64,000 nucleotides of DNA, taken from Geosiphon pyriformis uo1 (lineage: Eukaryota; Fungi; Glomeromycota). The stretch lies in contig JAAOMT010000571.1 in assembly GCA_016748015.1 (NCBI GenBank), positions 747,095 to 811,094 on the forward strand, in the 5' to 3' direction. The translations under genes were made by a program, and so were the position numbers. Shown one piece after another: positions 50,875-62,900 of the stretch. Each line of letters opens with the position of its first letter. The stretch's first letter is position 1. The notes below the pieces were generated by a model. That model saw only the letters and a program-made list of their open reading frames with translations. It did not search any database and was not told the DNA's origin.

Positions 50875-53590
50875 TTAGTATTTTTAATTATTGTTAAACT
50901 TTTTGTATTAATTTAAAATATTATTACTTAATAAAATTCAACTTTAAAAGTTTTGAAAAAACTTATTAATTTGAAATATTTAATTAAAGCATTATATAAA
51001 GCAATATAATATAAAAATAATTAACATATTTATTAAGATAATAACAAATTGGCTACTTTATTTTTGAATTTAAATGAATAAAAAAAATTAAACTATTTAT
51101 TTATTTATATTTATTTAAAATAACAAGATTTTTAAGTAATAATACATATTTTATTTTATTTTATCCAATAATTAAAAAATTTTTTATTTATTTTTAATAT
51201 GTTTTTTTATATATATTTAATAAATCAACAATTTAACAAATTTGTAATACAATTCTTAAATCTATAAAATTAGAACTTTTAGCTTCTTTATTAAATTTAA
51301 GATTCAAATTATTAGCTTTTATATTAAAAAAAAATTTTATTTTTATTAAAATCTTTTATTAAACAATTTTTTTTTTATGTGTTTAATGAATAAAGTTTAA
51401 CTATTATCTAAAATTAAAAACAAACTAAAAATTGTAGTACTAAATATAATTTACATATTTTTTACATATAATCAGCTACTTAAACCAGTTTAAGTTATAT
51501 TATATTGTAATTTTAAACAAAATATTATTATTAAAAACCAATTTAATTAACAAATTAGCTGTTTTTAAGACATTAATCTTAATATTAGCAAATTCATGTT
51601 TCTAAAACAATAGCAAATTAAAAAACATATTATTATCAACAACAAAAAAATTTATATAAGAACCAAATATGTCAATTTTATTATAGTTATACTTAACTTT
51701 TAATGTAATCATTTCTTGTTTTAACTTACCAACAGTTTTATTAAAAACTTTAATATATACCAGAAACTTATTGATCTTAAGACTAAGAATACTATTCAAA
51801 ATAAAATTTTCTTTAATAAATTGTTTAAAAACAATAACCAAAAAACTAACAAATTCAATAATAAATTTAATTAATATAGTCAATTTGGCCAAATCAGCTT
51901 TCAAAAAAATCAACTACAAAAAAACCAAAAAATTATTAACAATTATAGAAAAAAGAGCAAGAATTATCAGAAATAAAAATTCAGAAGAGCTTAAAAAAAC
52001 AGAAATTTTAACATAAAACTTAGTATTTACAAAATATGATATAAATACTTTGGAAATTTTAAAAGAAAAAAGTAAAAACACTTTATAATCTACAATTAAA
52101 TAGTTTATTTTTTAACACTTAAAACAGTATTAACAACCAGAAATTTTTCATCAGATATAATACTTTCTTAGTGTATTAGCTTTAACTACTATTATATCCA
52201 AATTAGCTTAAAATTTAAATATAAAAGCAAACTAAAAACAATAACCAAAATTAAAAAAACAAAGAATAAAACATGTTTGATTACCAATCTGAAAGATTAT
52301 ATTATTAATTTTAAAAGCAATACAACCAAAAAAAAGATTAATTAACTTGGTTTTAAACTTATTATAAGACAAAATAGTCTTATTTTAATTTACCAAAAGA
52401 AAAATCTTAATATTATTTTTATTTATCAATATTAACTAATAATTTAAAACAGATACAGCAGTATTTAGCTCTTTGAAATAAACAATAATATATTGTTAAA
52501 CACTTAATAGGCTTTAGTATAACATAGATAATTTTATCAAACTTATTAAGTGCTGTCTTAATATTAGTAACAAACATATCTAAAGACACATAATAACAGC
52601 AAAAAAGAAATTAATCTTAAAAAACACCAAAAACTTGGCAATTTTAAGAATAACCAAGTAAATAAAACTTATAAGCTTAACCAAAAAAGCAGCTTTTAAA
52701 AACCATTAAAAAACAAACTCCATACAAAAGAGTTTTATATTGTTTTTTACAACTGACTTTACATTTAAAAAACTATATACAAATTGAAAAACAGCCTTAA
52801 TATAAGCCAATTTGATCTTAAAAGTTGTATTAAACACCAGAATAAAGGCCATCATTTAGCAAATCTTTAACAATCAGTAATAGTTTTCCAAGTGTTATTA
52901 GCAACAGCATCAGAAACTAAAAGAAGTAATAATAAATCAGTTTTTATTTGTTCAGTTCAGTTCTTAAAAACAAATGATCTAATAAAAGATTATTGCTTTG
53001 TTTTTAAAACCAATAAGAATTTATTAAAAGATATTATATTTGACAATATAACCAGTAATTAATTTTGGCCTATTTTAGACAATATGTTGGATAATATAAT
53101 AGAAATCTCATCTAAAATCTTATTTAAAATCACAAAAAAGTTCAGTATAACAATAGCAGAAGCAAGCAACTGCTCCTGCTTTTTGGAATCTTGGCCTTTC
53201 TGAGTATTTTCAAAAAAGTAATACTAATAACACCAGGTGTAATAACAATAGTTGGAAAAATTAGCTTGTTAACAAGCCTACTATTAAAAACTTTTAGGCT
53301 TTTAGTGGAGCAAAAACAACACTAAAACTAATCCAAGTGTGTCTTTTTAAAAGAATTTTGACTGGTAAAAAACCAGCCAAAGATGAGAAAGATGTTTTAA
53401 CGACTACCAAAGACAGTCTTTCATTACTATTATTAAGAAGAAAGCTTCTAAAACATTCTGTCTAACTGCTTTCATAACAGAAAAAACTTTTCTGGTTGAA
53501 ACTTTATTAAATATCTTAGAAGAGATATAAGGTGCAGCCTTTTTACTCTTTGCTCTAATCGTAGTCATGAAATTAAGGAAACAAAGAGTT
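50875..53590 (-). mobile_element. Older LINE of a second family: ORF1 (ATG ~53568, MTTIRAKSKK...) and eroded start of ORF2
   Basis: Decayed WQY.VV.F and V...SVKI segments parallel ORF1 of copies B, D and E; erosion increases toward 50875. Confidence 0.6.
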
Positions 53591-53912
53591 TTTTTTTTTT
53601 ACATATATATATACAACCTGAACCAATATCTGTTTTGAATAATGATAGTTCTTTTGAAATGTTCGATTTTTTATTTGAATCTTCTTATACTGAATTAGAT
53701 CTTTACCTTAATGTTCCTGATTTATTCCTTTCGAAAAAAATCGTCCAATTGCATGGTGAAAAACACATGCTAATACTTTTCCAATCCCAGCAAGTTCTGT
53801 TCCTTCTGAAAAATGCAAATAAAATTAAAATATTATGTTTTATATTATTATAAATCATATATTTACTATTTAGCCATTTACAATTAATTTCTATATAGGG
53901 AAATTAATCAAA

Positions 53913-53987
53913 TCGGTTAACCAGTTTTAACCATTTAATTTAATCAGTTAACCGGTTACAAAAATTTTAACCGGTTAGAATCACTAG
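53913..53987. repeat. Cluster of TTAACCGGTTA palindromes ending in CACTAG; possible orphan hAT or Helitron end
   Basis: Four to five AACCGGTT-like units; no partner end found. Confidence 0.35.
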
Positions 53988-54112
53988 TAACATCGCGATC
54001 TTACTAGATAAAACTTGTTAGTATCTCCATTCTTATGTTACAAAAAACTTTATTTTTGAAAAGTACCGTTTAATTTGACACTATAGATACAAAATAAAAG
54101 CCAAATCTTATT

Positions 54113-55628
54113 ATGGCTTCAATCGATGATTCTAAAGTCATCACTGATATTAAGGAAGAAAATATAGAAAAGAATTCTTCTGAAAATGAGAACTCTAACC
54201 AAATTGCTGCTGACGAGATTCAAAGCCAGTTGAAATCCGAAATTCTTGCAACTTCTAAAGATCCAAACACATCAGATGCCGTAAAAGCAAATAAAGTACA
54301 TTTAAAAATATCATTTAATTTTCAAAAACGTTTGATTTGAAAATGGCTACAATGAAATTTTGCTTCATCATTTCGAGGATTTAATAAGTTTAAACTGGAA
54401 AGAACTTACGAAAAACTTTAAGGCGATTTCAAAATCTTCATCCAAAAAACCTACTTCTCAAGATTTGGAAAAAACATATCATGTAAGCAAAAAAAAAGCA
54501 AGTGAGTCTCTTTCCGTTCAATAAAACTAACAAATAAAGGCTATTAGAACGAAAGGTTGGAGATTCTAGGATGCCAGCATTATCGACGTGGTGCTAGACT
54601 GCAAGCGAACTGTTGTGGAGAATGGTTTACTTGTAGAGTGTGCCACGATGAAGCATCTGATCATCAAATTCCCCGGTAAACATCTCCTTTTTTCATGCAG
54701 TTAATCCTCCCCAAACAAGAACTGACCTTTTTTTACTTCCGAATTTAGACACGAGACCAAGAAAATGCTATGTATGTATTGCAAATGTATTCAGATTCCG
54801 GCAAAAGAATGCATAAATTGTCAGCGTGTTTTAGCATGCTATTATTGTGATGATTGCAAATTTTGGGATGATGACCCCAATAAATCCATCTATCATTGCG
54901 ATGGCTGTGGAATATGTCGCATCGGATTGGGCTTGGGGATTGATTTTTTCCATTGCGAAATTTGTAATTACTGCCTACCATTGGCTTCATCAACACATAA
55001 ATGCAAAGAGAACAAGCTGGGACATGATTGCCCAATTTGTGGGGAATATTTGTTCACCTCGACAACCAGCGCTTTCACTATGGTATGTTGTCTTGGTAGT
55101 AATTATACCCAATATTTTAACCCAAATCAGAGCTTTTGTTTTTTTTATCATTAATTTTAGCCATGTGGGCATGCCATACATCAAAATTGTTACATCGAAT
55201 ATACTTTTGATGCCTATCAGTGTCCTATATGCTGGAAATCACTTCGTGATATGCAATCATATTACGAACGAATCGATACTATTCTCTCAACACAAAGGAT
55301 GCCGCCGGAATATGAGCATTTCGTATCCACCATTCTATGCAATGATTGCGAGAGAAAAAGTACCACAAAATATGATTTTATTTATCATAAATGCCAGCAT
55401 TGTGACGGATATAACACTAAAATACTGGAAATTAATGAAGAACTTCCACAAGAACCTGATAGTGAGCCCGAATCATTAGAATCAAGCTCTGATTCGATAG
55501 ATCGTGTTGACGATGGTAGCAGCAGTGTCAACTCATTGGTCAATACTTTAATTAGTTCTTTGCGAAGCGCTTTTTCTAGTAGCAGCACCGTTCTCGACAA
55601 TTCTGATAGACATACCTCTTCGACCTAG
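54113..55628 (+). CDS. RCHY1: CHY Zn finger-CTCHY-RING-Zn ribbon E3 ligase (Pirh2/RCHY1-like), about 5 exons
   Basis: GCQHYRR..CCGEWFTCRVCHD, CPICGEYLFTS, PCGHAIH, CNDCERK, HKCQHCDGYNT; GT-AG introns at 54483-548, 54676-748 and 55083-160. Confidence 0.9.
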
Positions 55629-55995
55629 GATAATTTTGGAAAATATAACCTGAGCTTTAAGTTTTTAAACATTTCGTGTGAGCAGTGAAATTCGAAATAT
55701 ATCCTTTATTCATTTCACCAATTGTTCTTGTTGGTCCAATACCTTCGCGGACATCAATAACTTTACATATCATAGAAATAAATATTGCTAGTTCTAGCAT
55801 TTATCATTTGGCCTGCATTTCTAAAAAGGAGCCTTGAAACCGAACGTACTTTTGAGTACTCTTTTCCCAACATTCTAAACTTGTTCCAATCTCAACCTCC
55901 AACCGTTATTATCCTAAAATTTGATTTAAATGGGTGGGATGGCAATTAAAATTATTGTAACAGTCTGATATTTGAACCTGAAAATAGCTAAAGAA

Positions 55996-58900
55996 ATGTT
56001 GAAGATTGAACCATTCAATTGTTAAGTAAAAAGCTATTAATTTTATATTAAGTACTAAATGTTGATGTTAATATAAGAATCAGTTTGTAGAGAAAAAAAT
56101 GCTTAAATTGAAGATGCTCATGATCTTCGTGCCACAACTTTTCTTAAGATACGCGCGTGATCTGCAAAGAATTCGAAGACTATTTATTCACAAATTCTGG
56201 GGCTCAGTTGTTGAAAAAAATGCAACACTTCAAGTCTGACTTAGCTCCTGCCTACACTTGGCCTCAAATTAACAATACTTTGAAAATTTTAAATTTTGGG
56301 AATTTTGCTGGAGTGTCATACGATGAAAGGGAGCTCACTTATAACTTAATGAACAATGTTTCCACCTGTATGAAATTTCATATTTTTTTTTATCAAGGTT
56401 TAGAAGCCTTATTAATAAAATTTTTTTGATCATGTTACGATTTAGTAAAAACGGACACCAAGCTGATAACACTGTCCCCTATAGTTCAAATATTTCCAGG
56501 AACACGCCCCTACGAACCTGACACCTTAAACCTTCGTGATTTGAAAGCAGAACAAGCCTACATAAGAGAAATGGTACATGGAGAATCTCTAATTCCACAG
56601 GAATCCTTTCTGCTTCAAAACTGTCTTTTATATTTGACTAACATCAGCTAGGTAAATTCTTCGTTAGATTTCTACCCAGAATTCGGCATATCAGATGAAT
56701 TATTGACTCAAAGTATCGCAGAAAGTTTACGCGTCCAGAGTCGCACGGCGACTAATGATCACCTAACCGGAAATTTAGTTGCTTTCGGCGAATTTGAGCC
56801 TGTGAAAGATGATTTATGCAAATTTATTGCCTTTCCTATGGGAGTAATCGGGAACGAACTTAGTATGATATTTTTGTACCATACTCGTCGATTTGTAAAC
56901 TATTTCATAAAAATGACATGATTGGTCATTATGACAGATATATCAATCATTGACTCAGAGAAAAAACAGCACAATGAGCGTTTCAACTTGAAACTTCAAA
57001 AAATTATACCGACGGGTGTACCAATTACAAAGTTTAAAACACCAATTCTGCAAATCGAATCTTCCTTTGCGGAAACGATACATCCAGGCGCTTGGAGTTC
57101 CGGGTTCATAAATCCCTGTATACAATTCACTTTATTTTATTTAGCAATATACTTATAAATTCAGCTTCCAGCTTACACCAGAACTACAATAAATATTTCA
57201 ATTTGAAGCTATAGTTGCAGTTCGCACGGCCAGTGGAACTACATTTTTACACTTAAGATCTACAACACCAGACGATGCAGAATGGGATTCCCTACCGCTA
57301 CTGGCTCTCCCTCTGGCGAATATATCAAATAGAGACGATAAAGGACAATTGCATCAACAAAGTCATTTCACTTTTAATCCTTCTATATATGGTGAAGCAG
57401 CAATAGTAAATGAAAACGGTGGTATTCATATATGGAATATAAACAGAGCACACAAAAGAAAAATGTTAGTTGAAATCACTATTCAATTCTATTCCTTTCT
57501 AATAATTGATATGCTTTTAGGTCTATTGTGGGATTTGATTATAGGACTATTCGTGAAGCAGATACAGTTTCTGACCGGTCTTTCACCACTCCGATGTACT
57601 GTCAGTATGGTGCACATCCTAGATCGCTTATGGTTGCGTCAAATTTAAAAGTTGATTTATTTGATCTCAGGGTATTTTTATTTCAGATATCTCACGGCCT
57701 CTTAAGCAAAATGTCCAAGCAAATTATCAACTGAAATTTTAACTTTACGCAGAAATCTTCACAACCTGTTAACTTATATAATGTTGAAACTGGTGATAAA
57801 ATACATGCATTCCAGCGTTCTTTGGCACCTCATGGCTATCAATCCGTTTTGGCTTTAGCAACAAAGGTTATTTTATTAGATCATCGATTTCCCAATAGAC
57901 CTTTGCTCAGTTGGAATCATTATCACAATCGTGATCCTCCATGTGGCATCCAAATGATGACTAAGAATAAAGGTTCGGGGTATATTTCGTTATTATAACT
58001 TAATACCAAGCTAATATATCTATTTTCTAACTTTACGATAACATGTTACATTAGATACTATGGTGGTTGTCTGGTCAAAGCATGAGCCAAAATTAAGCGC
58101 TTATCATTTTTCTACCTCGGCTATTGGATCTGTGACGTCCAAATCTCAGCCCGTCTCACTCCCCTCGTTTTATTCTCATCCTGCCTACCATCGTTCACGA
58201 TATCCTAGATATCATTTTGAGCCTTATAAATATTCAACCAACAAACCAAGAATAAAAATCCGTTACGAAGCGCTGACCGAACCTTACCGTAGATTGCCAC
58301 CCTTAATGAGCTTGAGGCTTATGGAAAATGAGATTACATTCATTCAGAGACGTAATATGCACACTGAAAGTCAAGACCATGAATCTGACAAAGACATTCA
58401 GCATATTTCCGAAACTGGTTTTTTCTTTAGTGGGCTTCAATTATGTTATACGGGTGCCATATACTCACAGATGTTTTATTTAAGCTCTGATACCAAATTT
58501 TCTTCCAAAGTACTTGCATCTGGAAATCGGATTGACCCAGAAATATTCAATTTTCCCCAAATTATCAAAGATTTAGAGCTGCGTGCTGCGCAAGAACATC
58601 TCATTGGCTCTTTACCTGATCTCAAATATAAAAAGATTACGCTATTCTTTGTGGATAAACTTTGGGAATGTGAGTGTCACTTTGTTATTTCAACCATCCT
58701 TTTAAACCTTTGACTTACACATTACATCCTCAAGATATTGCTCGAGAATTTTTATTACATCCTGTATACGAGATGAAATCAGATAAAGATATCAAGATCG
58801 GCGTTTCTTTTTCAAATTGGGAGAGTGTTGATCAATTTTTTCATCAATACGGGCTCGAAAATGGTTTTAATTGCATCAAAACCTTTCGAATTAAGGATAC

Positions 58901-60289
58901 CACCGGAAAAATATGTGCTACATCATACTCTTGTGACTATCAAGATCGTACTTGTGCATGGGGTGTCAAGCTCTTTCACCAAAAATCTTCTGGGCGTATT
59001 GTAATTTTACAACTTTTAGAAAATCATAATCACGTTGTTTACCGATTTTCTTCAACTTTGATGCGAACATTTGAGGATAATGATAGTTCAATATTTGACA
59101 AATATTTGGAAGTGAAAGAAGACCAAAGTATACCTCCAGACTGCCTCGGCTATTTCCACCTTGACATGATTTTTGATTCTTCACATCCTTTGACTTTGTA
59201 TCTTTTTAAATTATTATTTTTTTTATGAATTTTCAATTTGAACATTAACAAATCTCCATTTCATATAATCCTTTACTAAGCTTTGAAATAACAGACAAGA
59301 GACTTCGAAAAAGTTGGGTCGTCATTCTTACGTCCCCAATCTGAGGGACGATAAATTTCCTGACGAGAAACAGGTTGATCAGTTTTATGACAATATAATG
59401 CCATCTAGCTCTTATGGCGCTGAACAAGATGTGATTATGCCTACTTTTGGGGATGAGAGATTTTTCGCGGATGCCAAAAAAATATTAGAACCTTCATGCA
59501 TATCCATTGACTGTCTACGATCGTATGGCTTCCCCTTTTACGAAAAAGAGAAGGAACAGAATTGGGACTGGACTAAGATTGAACAAGCTCTCCATGAAGC
59601 CTATTTACCATCTCCTTGGACAGTGGAAAATCACTTTCCGAGAGCGTACACACACGCGTTGAGGCTCCGCCAACAGGCAGTTGATGAACTATTGTACGAT
59701 TTTACGCTATCTTCACAGGCCTATGTAAAAAAGGGTGATGAGCAGAAAGAAATGAAAGGACCGCTTTTACGTTTCACAGCTCAGACGGAAGGAGATTCGG
59801 CTGCTGCTGAGGCTTTTATTTCCACAATGACATCTAACTGGGAGTTGAGTGATGATTTGCCCCAATTTAACCTCTCTATTATGGCACAAGCAATGATCGA
59901 AGAATGGCCTTTAAATCAAGATTTGAATGAATACATCTATATGGATCCCGGTGAAAGATTGATGAAGAATCAAAAGGGAAGTAATGAGAAAAAGCATCGT
60001 GATATAGATGAAACCTTTTCCTCTAGGAAAAATTCTGGAGAGCAGTTCTCTAACTTTGAATTCACCGAGCAGCAAAATATTTCATATGGCTCCGAAAACA
60101 CTCGAGAAACACAAAGTTTAGCATCATCAAATAATGAGAAGCGAAGAACAGAACGTTTATCGGCTTTGCCTGTTGAGGAACCAAAGTCAAAAGAATATCC
60201 AGAATTCTTTTCGCAACATAAAGAATCTCTTGGTGAAATAGAAGGCTCAACGAAGCCTCGTAAAAAGAAATCAAGAAAGATGGGATTCT
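55996..60289 (+). CDS. RRN6: RNA polymerase I core factor subunit Rrn6/TAF1C, multi-exon; start uncertain
   Basis: Propeller motifs AVRT, FNP..YGEAAIV..G.I.IW, YGAHPRSL, LLDHRFP.RPLLSWNH; C-terminus KKKSRKMGF resembles TAF1C. Confidence 0.75.
58790..59035 (+). other. FAR1/WRKY-GCM1-type Zn DNA-binding domain inside an RRN6 exon
   Basis: IG.SF.NWE....F..QYG..NGF...YSC..C.W.VKL...I..L..NHNH. Confidence 0.75.
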
Positions 60290-60596
60290 AATAGAATATT
60301 TTATCCTAGGTTCGCAAGTATCTTTAAACGAAATTGTAAATTTTGTTTGCATGGTAATCTACTTGGACAATCTTTCGAAATTTTGCAGAATAATAATCTG
60401 GCATCTTGGCCAATGATATTTTTTATCCAAAACCATCCAATCAACTTAATCTAACTCCTCTTAGCCTTGTAAAGTTTGAAATTTTTTCTAAATTAGCTTT
60501 TAGCCGGCAGTTGTAATTGATCAAGTTTCTGGAGACATATTAACATAATTCGTAATTTTTAGCGATTTATTTTTTTAATCTCTGAACAATTTTTAT

Positions 60597-60675
60597 CCGA
60601 ATTGGTGGATGGGATTGTAACACATCAATAGGAGTGCTAGAGGCATTGCTAAGACTACTATTTCCTGCATGTACC
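60597..60675 (-). ncRNA. Candidate Fanzor omegaRNA scaffold and element right end
   Basis: Follows the Fanzor stop; imperfect hairpin AATAGTAGTCTTAG/CTAGCACTCCTATT; ends ...AATTCGG. Confidence 0.45.
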
Positions 60676-61930
60676 TCAGGAGAGGATCAAGGCTCTATTA
60701 AACAATGGCCGGAGGATCCCCGAATGTTTTTTCATCTGTCGGCAATTCCGGCAGTGGTACAGCGATGCTTTTTACGATACCACAACAGCTATAAGTCTTA
60801 GATGTATAAATTTTATTTTAGACTCTTAACTACTCGGCCTTGGGTAATTTTTCTCATGTCTGATACCTCAAACGACGGGATAACGATTGCGTCAAACTTG
60901 CGGGTGAAGAACCCAATTACCCTTCTGTGGATTTCTCTGCAGACGCACAATCCTTCGTCATATGTGTGAGACTGCTTTGTCAAGTCGCCGGTCTTTGCAT
61001 TTCTTACGCTTTGAAGTAGACAGCAAGTTTGATTTCTTCCGAAATGAGGTCACCCACACACTTGCACAGGCAAACAATTTGTCTAATGTCACTGGTGCCT
61101 ATTTTACTTATGCCTTTAATGGAGGAATACCAATGAAGGGTTTGCGAACGCCCAGATGAAAAGAGACTTTATGGATGGAGCTATCCGCTTGGGTTTGGCG
61201 GACTTGGCTTTGTGCCTCATAGACCCAGGAAAATGTCCATTCGAGAATATGCAAGTTTCCTCCCAGATATAATTTTGTGCGGGGAGGACCACTTATTGTT
61301 TCCGCAATTAATTCGAAATGTAAAGTCATAGCATGCGTTTATCCTCATTTATCTTGTGTCAATGTCATTAGGCATCTATTAAAGTGTGAAGTATAAGACA
61401 TAAAAACGATTCCACAACAATGATGTGCTTACGCACCTTCGTCTCGTGCTGTCAGCGCCTGACCAAGGGCTTCATCAATGATATTAGCCCTAAGCAACCT
61501 CTTAAGAGCGGACGGCAGCTCTACAAAACTTTTTTTACCCGAAACATTCTTAAAAGAGACGTCCTTGTTGAAGCGTCATAGGCTTCAGCCATTTCTTTTT
61601 CGTAATGCCCTTTTGCTTTAACACATTTATCCCACCCCACTACAATATTAAAGGCAAATTCTCCCGAGCGTCGTCAATTGTTGTGCGCTGCCGTTATTCT
61701 GGTTTTCGTCTCACACTATTTACTTGCTCTGGGTATTTAGCTGCTTGCCGTCCTTGCATTCTGCAGATGAAGGTTCGAGGTTTTCTCGTCGAATGGATAA
61801 AAAAGACATATTGTAAGAGGTTGAAGGCAATTCGGCAAAGTCTATCACGGTAGGTGCTCGAGAGCATTCCACGGCTTGTTCGTTCCAATAGGGTCGAAGC
61901 CACGATCGTTTAAAATTGATACCTTACCCG
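60676..61930 (-). pseudogene. tnpB: Fanzor2 (IS607 TnpB-like) RNA-guided nuclease, frameshifted
   Basis: Motifs in order: PYWN, FAFNIV, IIDEAL.QA, SF(D>H)LGVRKPF.WYS, EIHRRVIGFFTRKFDAIVIPSFEVSDM, YTSKT.SCCG, ADR...RGI.LR. Confidence 0.82.
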
Positions 61931-62090
61931 ATATCGCTGTTGTTTTTGTCGTTCGAGATCGTTCCACTAGACTTTGAGAAGTTAGCGATTATGAACCTGA
62001 TAAGCATTTTATTTATAAGCATGATTAAGCTAATATTTGCTAAACCATTAGGACTTCAAATTCTCGCAATGGCAGGTGACAAAAAGAGTA
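61694..62090 (-). pseudogene. tnpA: IS607-family serine recombinase TnpA, frameshifted; N-terminal boundary uncertain
   Basis: NDLERQ (61946-63), DIG*GINFKR (61906-35), LLER..RG, TYRDRLCRIAF.LL, FICRMQG. Confidence 0.82.
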
Positions 62091-62900
62091 TGTATACAAG
62101 TTTTTCTACTATTATAAACTTACATTGCTTCCTGGAATCCAAACTTTTTGTTAGCCCAATTCACCCCCGTCTTTTCTCAATAAATTAATTGATCTAAACT
62201 GGCTTAAGCCCTCTTAAAGGACCCGGCACTTGACCGTTGGTACCTAGCAATACATGAAACCCCAAGATTTTACTTTCGTTGGACAAGCCGAACTGTTAAG
62301 ACAGCGATTGGATTAGGTGTTGTCATTCCTTGCTTCTTGCTATACTTGGGTGTAGAATTTCAAGTAAGGTAGAACAAACGGTAAATTGATCTTCAAAAGC
62401 TATTTTTACCAAGGTTAATTGAATCGTTCGTTCTCAAGGACAAATATGATTTTCGCGGTGCCAGAGATAAAGAATCCATGCTGAAAAGGCCCAAAGAATA
62501 GCGATAATACGTTAATTACAATAGCCATTGGGGTGATAGAAATTCCCCCATTAAAAATGTCGTTGTAACGAGATTAATTTTACCTTGGATAAAATTGTAA
62601 GTGATTTTTCTCAAATTGCTTGAAAAAAGTATGCAAGGAATTTTGGGTAACATTTTAAGGTTTCATAACCTCTCAATCTATTCTCGAGTTTTTGTCGAAA
62701 CATATCTTTCCTCTACCTAAGAACCCGAGTGAAACTAGCTCAACTAATCTATTTTCTCTTACATCAGAATGGTAACCTTTTATTTTAATTCGAGGATTCA
62801 ATAACAATGTTCAATATCAAACAGTGCTTACAATAAATTTAGATTTTATATGTTGGAAAAGTAAGCTTGATTAGCTATTTATGCAAAGTGTCCAAAAGCC

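Noticed and set aside
60676-62090. An active Fanzor system or an intact spliced host gene
   Set aside because: The RuvC-I Asp is lost and there are multiple stops, frameshifts and deletions that introns do not explain
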